Positions 33,882-44,431 of a DNA stretch of 64,000 bases are shown piece after piece. The position numbers and the translations under genes are program-made. Under the pieces are notes generated by a model. The model had not been told where the DNA came from and did no database searches. It saw only the letters and a program-made list of their open reading frames with translations. The stretch spans positions 704,001 through 768,000 of the forward strand of contig OY969100.1 in the NCBI GenBank assembly GCA_963697895.1. The letters are read 5' to 3'. This DNA comes from an uncultured Methanomicrobiales archaeon. Its GTDB lineage: Archaea > Halobacteriota > Methanomicrobia > Methanomicrobiales > Methanospirillaceae. Numbering within the stretch: position 1 is the first letter of the stretch; each line of letters begins with the position of its first letter.

Positions 33882-33923
33882 AATGATGAGGATTATTTAT
33901 AATTTGTACATATAAGTATAGGT

Positions 33924-34968
33924 GTGGTAACAGGAAACATCATCGCCGGTACCGTTGTACTGATCGGCCTGGCATTGGCCCTCATTACAAGTTTGATCCT
34001 CAGACTGGATAAAGAAAAGAGCCGATCAAACCGAATCAAAACTCGATGATATTATCGTACTTGCGATTGGAAAGCCACTCGTCATCACGATAATCGTCGT
34101 GTCGATCTATTTTGCCCTGAACTATTACGCCGAAATTCCGGAACAATACCAGTGGATTCTGGACAGCAAATATATTGATTCCGTTTATATCGTCATCGGC
34201 GCCTGGATCGTATCCAATTTCGCCCACAATTTCATCAAGGTGTATGGAACCTGGTTTGCCTCGCGGACGGATACGGAAATTGACGACCGCCTGATCACCC
34301 TTCTTGAACTGATCGCAAAGTACCTCATCTGGTTCATCGCGTTCCTGTTGATCCTGTACACCCTTCAGATCGATATTACCCCGTTCCTCGCCGCCGCCGG
34401 TATCGTTGGCCTCGCGATTGCTCTCGCGGCTCAGGATATCTTATCCAATTTCTTTGGCGGAGCGATCATTACCCTCGATAAACCCTTCAAAGTGGGTGAT
34501 CGGATCCAGATCGACACCCAGATCGGGGATGTCGTCAATGTCGGTCCGCGGAGCACCCGGATCATGACCCTCGATAATCAGCTGGTCACCATACCGAACA
34601 ACAAGATCACCACGAGCGTTATCACCAATTTTTCGATGCCGGATGCCCGGCTCAAGATCAGAATTCCGATCGGGGTGGCGTACGGGACGGACGTGGAACG
34701 GGTAAAGAAAATATTACTTGAAATCGCCGATGAGATCGGGGCAGTATCCAATCTCGTCCTGCATGATCCGTCTCCGGAGGTATTTTTTCTCGAATTCGGA
34801 GAATCGAGCCTCAATTTCCAGATGGTCGTCTGGACTCACGACTTTTCAAAGGTATTCGATGTCAAAGACATGGTTAATACGCGAATAGTAAAGCGGTTCG
34901 AAGCAGAAGGAATCGAGATCCCGTTCAGGCAGGTCGACATTCACGTCAGGTCTCGGGTCGATCTCTGA
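33924..34968 (+). CDS. MscS mechanosensitive channel; apparent +1 frameshift at 34004
   Basis: AAQDILSNFFGG, KPFKVGDRI, IPNN, EIPF; upstream hydrophobic frame from 33924 joins if A34004 is deleted. Confidence 0.88.
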
Positions 34969-35003
34969 ATACTTTTTTCATCCTTCGATTAAGATCCAAA
35001 CCT

Positions 35004-35732
35004 ATGTTCGGTGTATCCACTTTCTGTCTCCATCATCAACCGCTTGCGTTCGCAATCGACACGATCTCAACACTAACGGATACCATCGAGATCATGGACG
35101 ACGGGCCCCATTATCTCGTTTCTTCCGAACTCCTGGAGAGTTATGTACTTTCCTTCACCCTCCACGCACCGTCACGGGGAGTCAACATTGCAAGCGTACT
35201 TGAGCCGATCCGGAAAGCCAGCGTAGAGGTGACCGGGCAGTGTTTTCAGATTGCCGGTGCGGTAAATGCTCCGGTGGTGATTCATCCCGGCTATTTTGCC
35301 TGGGAAGAAGAACGGGGGGGTGCCACCCGGCAGTTCAGGCGTTCACTTGGTGAGCTCGATGCCCTCGCGGAAGAGTATTCAACCACCTATTACGTCGAGA
35401 ACATGGGAAACTGGAATTATTTTTTTCTTCGTCACCCCTCGGAGCTTCCCCTGATCGGGAAGACCGGGCTCGCCCTGGACGTCGGACATGCCCATCTCAA
35501 TCATTGCCTTGACGGGTTCCTTGACCACCCGATCCGTCATGTACATCTTCATGACAACAAGGGGGAGGAGGATTCGCACCTGCCCGTCGGTCAGGGGACG
35601 ATCGATTTCACTCCGGTAATGAAAGCGATAAAAAAGAACAAAGCAGTACCCATCATCGAGGTATCGGATTTCGAAGGTGTGAAGACGAGCATTGCCCGAT
35701 TGAAGGGGATTATCGGAACATCGAAAGGCTAA
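35004..35732 (+). CDS. Sugar phosphate isomerase/epimerase (AP-endonuclease-2 TIM barrel)
   Basis: LHAP, VIHPG, VENM, LDVGHA, HLHDNKG..DSHL. Confidence 0.88.
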   Translation: MFGVSTFCLHHQPLAFAIDTISTLTDTIEIMDDGPHYLVSSELLESYVLSFTLHAPSRGVNIASVLEPIRKASVEVTGQCFQIAGAVNAPVVIHPGYFAWEEERGGATRQFRRSLGELDALAEEYSTTYYVENMGNWNYFFLRHPSELPLIGKTGLALDVGHAHLNHCLDGFLDHPIRHVHLHDNKGEEDSHLPVGQGTIDFTPVMKAIKKNKAVPIIEVSDFEGVKTSIARLKGIIGTSKG

Positions 35733-35980
35733 TTATTCCCTCAAATCTCACGAACCTTTTTTAATGGAAATGTGTGCTCGCACCAGGCCCTGCGTTCCTC
35801 CCCGCAAAAAAAGGGTATCTCCGGAGGAAATCACGTCAAAATCAGGTTTTTTATGGACTTTTCCGCAATCTTTTAAACCTATAAACCCCACATTATTGAT
35901 GCACAGTATGCCTTGTGGCGTAGCCGGCATAGGGTTTCTGTGGAAGGATGCTCTGCAGGATGCTCCACTTGATATGCATT

Positions 35981-36054
35981 GCCTATGTGACACAGCCCGG
36001 TAGTGTGCCTCCTTGGTAAGGAGGAAGTCCCGAGTTCGAATCTCGGCATAGGCT
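35981..36054 (+). tRNA. tRNA-Thr(GGT)
   Basis: Acceptor GCCTATG/CATAGGC; anticodon arm CCTCC-TTGGTAA-GGAGG; TTCGAAT. Confidence 0.95.
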
Positions 36055-36431
36055 TTTCGAGAATTCCTATCGAGGATCAAACTTCTTTTTCTTTTTTATT
36101 ATCAATCCGGTCGTATTATCAAAAGAGGTGAAGTTAATGCAGGTTAAAAAGGAAGAAGAAGGGCCCCTTGACAAAGGAATCCATGAATCAAGGATTCGTC
36201 TCTTTCAGACTTCTATCCGGATTTGATTCGTCTTTCCAACCGTAAGGGAATATAATAAAGCATTTTTTTCTCCAAAATATCCATATGGCATACAGAAAGA
36301 AATTTTTTTAAAGAAACAGCAGACATCGACGAACTGTTGATTAATGAACCCACTGTCTTGGTCGGGATGTACTTCAAAGGCAAACGGTTATGTACAAACG
36401 TTCAATTCGTTAAAAACTAAATCGGGAGAAA

Positions 36432-37607
36432 ATGAAACAAAATACGAGTGCGCAGATTGTAAAGGAAATCATGAGGGATTATTCCCGCATGACCGGACTT
36501 GACCCGGCCGGTTGCCATCCACACCGCTACCTGTGGACGGATGCGTTCTCCGTCTGCAATTACCTCGAACTTTTTTCACAAACAAAGGATGAGACATACC
36601 TTACTATGGCATTGCGCCTCGTCGATAAAGTGCATCACACGCTCGGCCGTCACCGTGATGACGACGATCGCTCGGGATGGATCAGCGGTCTCGACGAGAA
36701 CGCGGGTGAACTGCATCCGACCGCGGGAGGATTGCGCATCGGGAAGAATCTCCCCGAACGGAGGGCCGATGAGCCACCCGACGAGCGAAGGGAATGGGAT
36801 CGGGACGGGCAGTACTACCATTACCTGACGAAATGGATGCATGCCCTGAACCGGGTGACCCGGGTGACCGGAGATCCGACCTATCTGGGATGGGCGATGG
36901 AGCTTGCCCGGACGGCACACGCCGGATTCACCTACCTTCCCGCTTCTGGCGACCGGAAGGGGATGTTCTGGAAGATGAGCATAGATCTCACCTACCCTCT
37001 CGTCCCCTCGATGGGCCAGCACGATCCTCTCGATGGGTTCGTCACCTACAGCGAGCTGCAGGCGACGGCTACGGTAGATTTTGGCAAACCTGTGCATCAG
37101 GATCTGAGCGCCGAGATCGCCGATATGGCTGGCATCTGCCGGAGGAACAACTGGGTCACGGATGATCCGCTCGGCATCGGTGGTCTTCTGTTCGATGCAG
37201 TTCGCATCGTTCAACTAATGGTAAAAGGCGGTCTCCGGTACGGGATGCTGCTGGAAGACGTCGTGGATTCGGCCCTGTCCGGCATAGAGGCCTACTCGAA
37301 AGGCAGTTCCCAGAGTCTGCCTGCCGATTACCGCCTTGCCTTCCGCGAGCTCGGACTGTCCATCGGATTGCACGGGGTGGAGCTGCTTCGGGAAGAGATC
37401 GTGGAACACCCCGGTTTATTCGGCCGGAAGAGTCCTGTATACCAGGCAGTTGACGCGCTTCTGGAATACCTGCCGCTTGCGGAAGAGATAGAACGATTCT
37501 GGATGGAGTGGAAGAACAGGGAGACCCTGAACTGGAAGGATCATCAGGAGATCAATACCGTAATGCTTGCAACCAGTCTTGCGCCAAGGGGATTCCTGGC
37601 AATTTAA
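36432..37607 (+). CDS. Conserved hypothetical protein, probable (alpha/alpha)-barrel enzyme
   Basis: RYLWTDAF, GGLRIGK, DGQYYHYLTKW, MGQHDPLDG, RLAFRELG; GGGAG RBS. Confidence 0.75.
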   Translation: MKQNTSAQIVKEIMRDYSRMTGLDPAGCHPHRYLWTDAFSVCNYLELFSQTKDETYLTMALRLVDKVHHTLGRHRDDDDRSGWISGLDENAGELHPTAGGLRIGKNLPERRADEPPDERREWDRDGQYYHYLTKWMHALNRVTRVTGDPTYLGWAMELARTAHAGFTYLPASGDRKGMFWKMSIDLTYPLVPSMGQHDPLDGFVTYSELQATATVDFGKPVHQDLSAEIADMAGICRRNNWVTDDPLGIGGLLFDAVRIVQLMVKGGLRYGMLLEDVVDSALSGIEAYSKGSSQSLPADYRLAFRELGLSIGLHGVELLREEIVEHPGLFGRKSPVYQAVDALLEYLPLAEEIERFWMEWKNRETLNWKDHQEINTVMLATSLAPRGFLAI

Positions 37608-37726
37608 TGTCCACCATCACTTGTATCCGCCCGGAGTAGGGGATCTGCAAAAATAATGTTTTCGGGCATTTTTTGATGTCCGTGTCCTGATCACAGTTAG
37701 GGCTCCCATAATCGTTTTCCGCATTA

Positions 37727-38197
37727 TCACCGGACAGTATACCCCTTTCCTTCGAGAAATACTTTCGTCAATTCCTCCACATCCGGTGAAGAACGGGAGA
37801 TCAGCCGTTCGCCCTCTTCCCAGACGAAACGGAGAACGGAATCGCCGGAATGCAGGGCCATGGTTCCGGTCACATACCCGATTTCCTCCCCGGCAGGACG
37901 ATAAATACGCATAATTATACACCGGTATATTTTACATTGTGCCGGGCTTGTTTCATGAATCGTACAGACCACCCTGTCGAGGTCCGGGCGGAGAAATAAA
38001 CAGGCTTCAGGGTGTTGCTCCAGCCAGTTTCTTTCGTCAAAGAGGGCATGTTTGTCTTCATCAACCCGGGCGTTGAAGGACGCACCTGTGGATACCGAGA
38101 TGCAGGCGAACGTGTAAGGGCCGGTCTGCTTTTCTATGGCGATATAATGACCCATATACATACAGCACCGGCCACATTGATGGCAGTTGAATGTCAC
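37727..38197 (-). CDS. YkgJ-family cysteine-cluster protein
   Basis: FNCHQCGRCC, CLFL, CTIHETSPAQCK. Confidence 0.85.
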   Translation of the reverse strand: MTFNCHQCGRCCMYMGHYIAIEKQTGPYTFACISVSTGASFNARVDEDKHALFDERNWLEQHPEACLFLRPDLDRVVCTIHETSPAQCKIYRCIIMRIYRPAGEEIGYVTGTMALHSGDSVLRFVWEEGERLISRSSPDVEELTKVFLEGKGYTVR

Positions 38198-38487
38198 AAG
38201 AGATTACTTTGGATGTCCTCTTTATGAAACCCCCTCTTTTAAACATAAATTAATGTCCTTTATTCCTTCGACATTCGATTCTGCTGTAATTTCCTTATGA
38301 ATTATTCAATCTTTTGTTGAATCCGATATAACCTGACGGTTACACAATTGAAAGTATAAATTACACTCCATATGTGACTATTTACCAAAACAAACCCATA
38401 AGAATGCTTTTTCTGGAAAGACTTTATAGTACTCTCCCGAACAGGATCCTGATGCTGAGATAATTAGCAGAAAACAGGAGAAAGGAT

Positions 38488-39342
38488 ATGAAATCGCGAA
38501 TCATCGTTCTGGGGCTTGTTGTCATGGCACTCTGTATCGGGTGCGTCATGGCAGCGGTGCCTCCGAACGCAACCTTTGAGACTCAGGGAATCAGGTCAAC
38601 AGGAACTATTTCAGTCCTGAAAGGATCCGTTGCGACATCCACAACCATGGTAATGACCGTAGCAAATAATAACGACGGCATTAACGCACCGCCCCTTGAG
38701 GCCAGCAGCGACAGTCCTGGCGAGCGTCAGTCAACTAATGTTTATTCAGAGATGACGGATGCGAAGAACGGTCAAAATATCGAATATTCGAACACAATAA
38801 CTGCAGACACGGGCAATAAGGTGCTTGGCACCTGGAATACACAGTCACATCGATCCATTCAGTACGAGACAGACCCGACCAAAGACGGCCGGATGACCTC
38901 AAATGAGAGGATCGTGATGGATGTTGTCGGTAATTCGGGAAGCTCCGAGGATGAATACCTTTGTCCGTTTGCATCAGGTAAGTCGGCAGACTCGCCGGCA
39001 TTCTGTAATATTGTACAGATGGGGAGCACCCTAGATGCGACATACGCGAACGTTGTCAGTGATGCTGCGAGTAGAGACATTCAGGCAACTGCTGACTTCC
39101 CGGTGGAGGCCCAGTACTTAATCAGCGCAAAAGGTGTCCTTGTCGATACCCCGGACGGATTGGTCTCACAGCCATACACCGGTTCGATCAACGCGTTCAT
39201 GGATGTGCACACACAGGAAGCTCGGGGAAATAACACCGTGCCGGAGGGAGATTTCGTTTATAAGGAGTCCACATCGGCCAGTGGCTACATCGACAGTTTC
39301 GTGAAGAGTATGTATTACCAGGATGGCGCAATCAGGATCTGA
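38488..39342 (+). CDS. Secreted MspA-like (Methanospirillum-type) sheath protein homolog
   Basis: Signal peptide; ETQGI, DTGNK, LCPFA...PAFCNIVQMGS, HTQEARG, Y.ESTSASG.I..F.K.M.Y match the family as recalled; T-rich terminator at about 39384-39394. Confidence 0.65.
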   Translation: MKSRIIVLGLVVMALCIGCVMAAVPPNATFETQGIRSTGTISVLKGSVATSTTMVMTVANNNDGINAPPLEASSDSPGERQSTNVYSEMTDAKNGQNIEYSNTITADTGNKVLGTWNTQSHRSIQYETDPTKDGRMTSNERIVMDVVGNSGSSEDEYLCPFASGKSADSPAFCNIVQMGSTLDATYANVVSDAASRDIQATADFPVEAQYLISAKGVLVDTPDGLVSQPYTGSINAFMDVHTQEARGNNTVPEGDFVYKESTSASGYIDSFVKSMYYQDGAIRI

Positions 39343-39536
39343 AATCTGATTTGACGAGAGATAAGGAATAATATCCTCCACATTCTCTTTTTTTCACGAA
39401 AAATGGTAAAGATCATTCTCCTTCTCTCGTTATGGAACATCCGGCGATTTTTACTAAATCACGCTGCAGATTTCAAAAACCCTTATATGATAGTACCGTA
39501 TAATACGTTATTGTTCGACAAAGGAGTTGGATTAGG

Positions 39537-39989
39537 ATGAAACTGGAGGAATACAAGAAAATTATCGCGAATGCGATCACGAAAGAAGTAGAATCATACA
39601 CATTTTATCACGATATTCACGCGAAAGTTAAGGATCCCGCGCTGAAATCACTTTTTAAGGAACTCGCTGATGAAGAGACAAAGCACCGCGTTCTCCTCGA
39701 AGGATATCTGTCAGGGACCAGACCGATGCATTTTAATGAAGCAAAGGATTTTAAGATCTCCGCGACTCTCACGAAACAAGTTCCGACTGTGAATATGAAA
39801 CCCATCGAGGGTATCGCGCTCGCAATTAAAAAAGAGGAAGATTCTATGAATATGTATATTCAGTTCTCCACGTTGAGCACTGAAGCGGAACAAAAGAACG
39901 TCTTCCAGGAACTTGCAAAGATGGAACTCGGACACAAGGCCCGACTTGAAGATATCTACACAAACATGGCCTTCCCAGAAGTCTGGTAA
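39537..39989 (+). CDS. Ferritin-like/rubrerythrin-family diiron protein
   Basis: Two E..S..FY...ELA.EE.KH-type halves; C-terminal FPEVW. Confidence 0.88.
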   Translation: MKLEEYKKIIANAITKEVESYTFYHDIHAKVKDPALKSLFKELADEETKHRVLLEGYLSGTRPMHFNEAKDFKISATLTKQVPTVNMKPIEGIALAIKKEEDSMNMYIQFSTLSTEAEQKNVFQELAKMELGHKARLEDIYTNMAFPEVW

Positions 39990-40172
39990 TCTTGGCGGTG
40001 GATGAGTAAAAAGTTCCTAAAATGCTTTGGCATTTGACTGGAACCTTTTTTTAAACTTTTATCTGCAGTTATTCTTTTTCAATGTTCATAATTACTATGA
40101 AAGAGACCATACTGCAATGTTTTATCGCCTTTCACCCTGAAATACTACGTATTCGAAGTGATGGTTTATTCC

Positions 40173-40986
40173 ATGGCCGGCCTCGAAGAATTGGTGCACA
40201 TAATACCGCTCGGATTTGAAATTGATCGGGCGGTGAAACCGTTTGAAAAATACAGTGCAAACAGGGCGTATATCCTGACCATCACAGACCATCCTAAATA
40301 CAGACTCACCCGTTGAGATGGAAAAAAATAAAAAACAGCGATACTATGACGCAACTGTTACCCGACTCCTGAAGGAGAGGGGAATAGATGTCCGGATCCA
40401 GAAAATTGATATGTTCGATATCCTTGATGTGATGAGAACAGTATCCGCAATCATTCTTAAGGAAAAATCGGAAAACAACAGGGTGTACCTGAATATGTCA
40501 GCATGCGGACGCCTGACATCTGTAGGAGCAACGCTTGCTGCGATGGCTCACGACATATCCATATATTATGTACGGAGCGATGGATACTCGAGAAGTGTGG
40601 AAGAAGAACGGGAACACGGTCTCTCGATATGTACCAAACCACACATATGGCAACTTGAAAATTTCCATATCGCACTCCCCGATGAAACGAGTGTCAGGAT
40701 CCTTGTCCGCCTTTCAGGGGAGGAACAGGGAATGACGACCGAAGCACTGCTTCGCTACCTCTTCGAAGAGAAGGTACCGGGGTTTGATGAGGACTATCAT
40801 GCACTCCATATGATCGATCGCCGAAGAAAACAGAGCAACTACCTGATGAAACTGAATAAGGGAATTCTCACAAAGATAGAACTCGCAGGGTATATAGAAC
40901 GGAAAAGGTCTGGCAGGAATACGAATGTTTCTATCACTGAGTCTGGTAAATATATCGCATATATCAGCGGATTAATCCAACCGTGA
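40173..40986 (+). CDS. HFX_2341/DUF6293-like regulator (Rossmann-like plus wHTH); apparent +1 frameshift at 40304
   Basis: VHIIPLGFEIDRAV, VYLNMSACGR and C-terminal wHTH GYIERKRSGRNTNVSITESG; deleting A40304 joins the frames. Confidence 0.75.
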
Positions 40987-41749
40987 ATTAAATGGAGGAT
41001 CGCAGAGAAGGATCCTTCGCCCATTTTTGTTAATAATGCTAATCTTGTTAATTATAATAACATTAAATAATGATTTAATAATAGAATAGTTAAGCAGAGG
41101 GAGGTGAAGAAAGAGACTGCGTTTTAGTTAGCAAAGTTAAATCGGCCACCTTGAATGTGATATAATATTATTCCCTATACAATTGCAATATCTGTTTTTT
41201 GGAACAACTTTAAGAATGTACAAATCTGACATTTTATCTCATTGGCATTGTACTAGAATTAATCGGATGATAATATTCATCTAGTTTTCATAAACAAGGA
41301 AATTTCGTAAATTTAATTCGGTTTGATCTCGGAACAGAATCGCAGTTGAATTGATTTCATTTTCATGAAGAATGTTGTTCGATATATTATTTTCCCTTTC
41401 TATCCTCTTTCCAGCGCATGATAACCAAAAGAGAAGGCTAAAGGCCCCCGTTCCTTTGCAGATATTTTCAAAAGATTTAATAAGGTATCTTATCTATCTT
41501 ATAGCAGGTGCATTAGTGTCCAACTAAATCACCGACCAAGACGTTCAATCCAAAGGCGTTCATCCTCCCGATTCCATCACCAAGAGAGAGGGTGGATAGG
41601 GAGGATAGTGCCTCCTTCAGGAGCTTGTCTTTTGATATCCGTTCTGACAGATAGAGAATCATTCCGTCAATTCAGTTATATGTAATTGAATGTTGGTGGA
41701 TCTCAGTGTTAAAGGGTTTAAATATCACCAGGTGATAGATTACCTCATC

Positions 41750-43087
41750 ATGCAGTTCATGAAATCCGGAAGTCTGAGCCGAGGAGGATATATTATGTTT
41801 ATTTCGTGTTTGATATCGCTCCTTGCATTATTACCGTTGAATGCGAGCGCAGAATCCTCCTCGTCTGCTACATCAGGTATAGATTCCGGCGTTGGGTATT
41901 ATCAGATTGATTCAGTCCCCGAGGGTGCCGAAGTCCTGATGGACGGACAGTTCAAGGGAGAGACTCCGATTACCATTCCCGTTTACAGTACAGTTCCCCC
42001 CGGACATACCGTGGTTTTAAGCCTTGCAGGTTTTCTTCCTTGGACCGGTTCATTTCGGACAAATCCGCTGCCAGGTGAAGTCGTCCCTATTCTCGCCGAT
42101 CTACAGCCGATAAATCCAAGCGGATCCCTTTTGGTAACCTCTTCCCCGACTGGCTCTCTCGTGACCGTTGACGGTGACCGGGGACAGATGACCCCCTGGA
42201 CGTACACCAACCTTCCACCCGGAGATCATCTTGTCTCGGTATTCCTTTCCGGGTACCAGACCTTCACCACCACCGTGGCCGTCCCTCCGGGCGGTTTTGC
42301 CACGATCCATGCGGATCTCCCCACGTTATCCAATGCTGGGGTATTACAGGTGATTTCAACACCGGGCGGTGCTGATGTGTATGTCGATCAGGTCTTTGCA
42401 GGGATAACCGCGACCACCATAGGAAACCTTCAGGATGGGAATCATAAAGTAAGGTTGCGTTTAACCGGCTATGAGGACTGGACGGGAGATGTACAGATTC
42501 AGGGGGGAAAGACCACAACGATAACTCCGACACTGGTTCCCATTTCCCAGGCATCTACAGGGGATATCCGGGTTTCATCCACCCCTCCGGGGGGATCGGT
42601 ATACCTTGACGGGGTTTTCCAGGGACTAACCCCTCATTCAGAGCATCTCGAACTGACTCAAATCACTCCCGGAGTCCATCTAATCTCCATTCAGCTCCCA
42701 AATTATCAGGATTACCAGGACACCGTCCAGGTAAATGCAAGCCAGATAATCGTATTGTCTCCTGTTCTCACACCAGCGACACAGCCGTCCGGTAATGGAA
42801 GCATGCAGATCAATTCCCAGCCTTCGGGTGCCGATGTCTACCTCGATGATCAGTACCGGGGTTTCACACCCCTTACCCTTCCGGAAGTGCCGGCCGGGAA
42901 CCATACCGTTATGATCCGGCTCACCGGATACAACGAATATGACCAGACTATCCCCGTAGTACCCATGCAGGACATCCTGATATCGGCTTCCCTCTCTACT
43001 CAGGTGATTCCCACCAAGTCTGGCTTGGTTCCTGTCTCGTTGGTGGTTGCGCTGATTTCAATCGGCCTTCTTATGAAGAGGAAATAG
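41750..43087 (+). CDS. Surface protein with five PEGA domains and a C-terminal anchor
   Basis: Repeated S.P.GA.VY.DG...G.TP; signal peptide; PTKSG followed by a TM helix and KRK. Confidence 0.88.
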   Translation: MQFMKSGSLSRGGYIMFISCLISLLALLPLNASAESSSSATSGIDSGVGYYQIDSVPEGAEVLMDGQFKGETPITIPVYSTVPPGHTVVLSLAGFLPWTGSFRTNPLPGEVVPILADLQPINPSGSLLVTSSPTGSLVTVDGDRGQMTPWTYTNLPPGDHLVSVFLSGYQTFTTTVAVPPGGFATIHADLPTLSNAGVLQVISTPGGADVYVDQVFAGITATTIGNLQDGNHKVRLRLTGYEDWTGDVQIQGGKTTTITPTLVPISQASTGDIRVSSTPPGGSVYLDGVFQGLTPHSEHLELTQITPGVHLISIQLPNYQDYQDTVQVNASQIIVLSPVLTPATQPSGNGSMQINSQPSGADVYLDDQYRGFTPLTLPEVPAGNHTVMIRLTGYNEYDQTIPVVPMQDILISASLSTQVIPTKSGLVPVSLVVALISIGLLMKRK

Positions 43088-43269
43088 TCCTGCAATGCGA
43101 TTCAGTCATTCTCATTTTTTCATCTCTTATGGAGTAAACTATTCCTAGACCATCCAAATTTCATCTCCGACCAGAAATGGCAGGGTTGAACAGAAAAGAA
43201 TCATAATATCTCCGGGCCATATTTCCCGATACGGATCGAATTATCTACGATGTATGAAAGGAGCCTTTC

Positions 43270-43899
43270 ATGAAAGCGGACCGCATATGTAAAACAGAGA
43301 TTCTCGGAGACCTCACCGACGCTCCATTTTACCTGCCCGTATTTGAGGATGCCTATCGGTTCATTATCGATGATTATTCGATCCCCGACAAAAATATCGT
43401 AATTTTCATCCCATGCGCCATACGAAAGCCATATAGTTCCAGTCCCAGCCATCGGCTCTTCCGGCGGATCATCGATAGTATCCTTGCTCCCGGAGAATAC
43501 CAGATCATCATTTTCGGTACCTGTGGAACCGTACCTGCGGAGCTGGAGTTGATGTACCCGTTCGCCCATTATCATTTCATGCTGGGAAAGTGCACGGATG
43601 AACGAATCAGGAGGGATTTTCACATCATTGAAACATACCGCATTGCGGGTTTCCTGGAGAAGACAAGGCAGACCTATAAAAAGAGAGTCGCCTATTGTAT
43701 CGGACCCTTCCGCGAGGCAATGATTCATGCATCTCAAAGGACCGGAATTGCTATGGATATGTTGCTTCCTTCCAATCCTACGATTGAACGGCAACGTGAT
43801 GAAGATTGTCCGTTCCCTGAAGGGAGCCTTTCGATGAAAGAGTACGTGGATGAATTTCGTGAAGGATTGCAGGAATTGAAAAACACACTCAAACCGTAA
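43270..43899 (+). CDS. DUF5591-like protein (archaeosine-synthase C-terminal-like)
   Basis: FIPCAIRKPYSSSPSH, GTVPAELELMYPFAHY. Confidence 0.8.
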   Translation: MKADRICKTEILGDLTDAPFYLPVFEDAYRFIIDDYSIPDKNIVIFIPCAIRKPYSSSPSHRLFRRIIDSILAPGEYQIIIFGTCGTVPAELELMYPFAHYHFMLGKCTDERIRRDFHIIETYRIAGFLEKTRQTYKKRVAYCIGPFREAMIHASQRTGIAMDMLLPSNPTIERQRDEDCPFPEGSLSMKEYVDEFREGLQELKNTLKP

Positions 43900-44014
43900 A
43901 AAGCTATAAAGCCCTGTGGAGATGTATGGACCGACACCGCGTCACCTGCAGAGAGCGCGTAATATTTATCGCGTCATCGATACTCATTTGTATTGGAATT
44001 CATCTGAGCAGAAA

Positions 44015-44380
44015 ATGGCAGACATTTACGAGAAAATTTACCGGGATCTTGAACATCTCGGTGTGCTTGATGTTAGACAATACGCAGTAATCCATAACGA
44101 TCCCTATCCTCCCCTCTGCATCGACCGGCTGGCTCCCGATCGTTTTGCGATTGCGCATAACCGAAATGATGATGGGACTCTCGTTCCGGATCCGGATATG
44201 GAAATTCGGGTATTCCCGGACAAAAAAATGGCAGAACCACTCACCTATCAGGATGCAAACGGCCGAAGAATTGTGTACCCTGAACCTGGCAAGGTTGATC
44301 TTAAAACGAAAAATGAGCTGACGGTCTATCTCGGGCACTGGCTGAAAGACCTGGTGGAGAAAGGATACCATCGCGAATAA
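44015..44380 (+). CDS. DUF1249/DUF6908-like protein
   Basis: PY.PL.I, AIAH...DG..VPDPDMEIRV, AEPLTYQD, WLKDLVEKGY. Confidence 0.75.
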   Translation: MADIYEKIYRDLEHLGVLDVRQYAVIHNDPYPPLCIDRLAPDRFAIAHNRNDDGTLVPDPDMEIRVFPDKKMAEPLTYQDANGRRIVYPEPGKVDLKTKNELTVYLGHWLKDLVEKGYHRE

Positions 44381-44431
44381 AGAAAATTTCAGGAAAACGG
44401 TGTGCCCCAGACAAGAAATTCACTGAGTACC

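Noticed and set aside
32901-33902. 333-aa ORF antisense to hypD, and similar shadows over mtnA, trm1 and the ABC genes
   Set aside because: Fully overlap well-supported conserved genes on the other strand.
41533-41562. CGACCAAGACG match to the reverse complement of array unit 1
   Set aside because: An 11-mer match is plausible by chance at this scale, and the other conserved blocks are absent.
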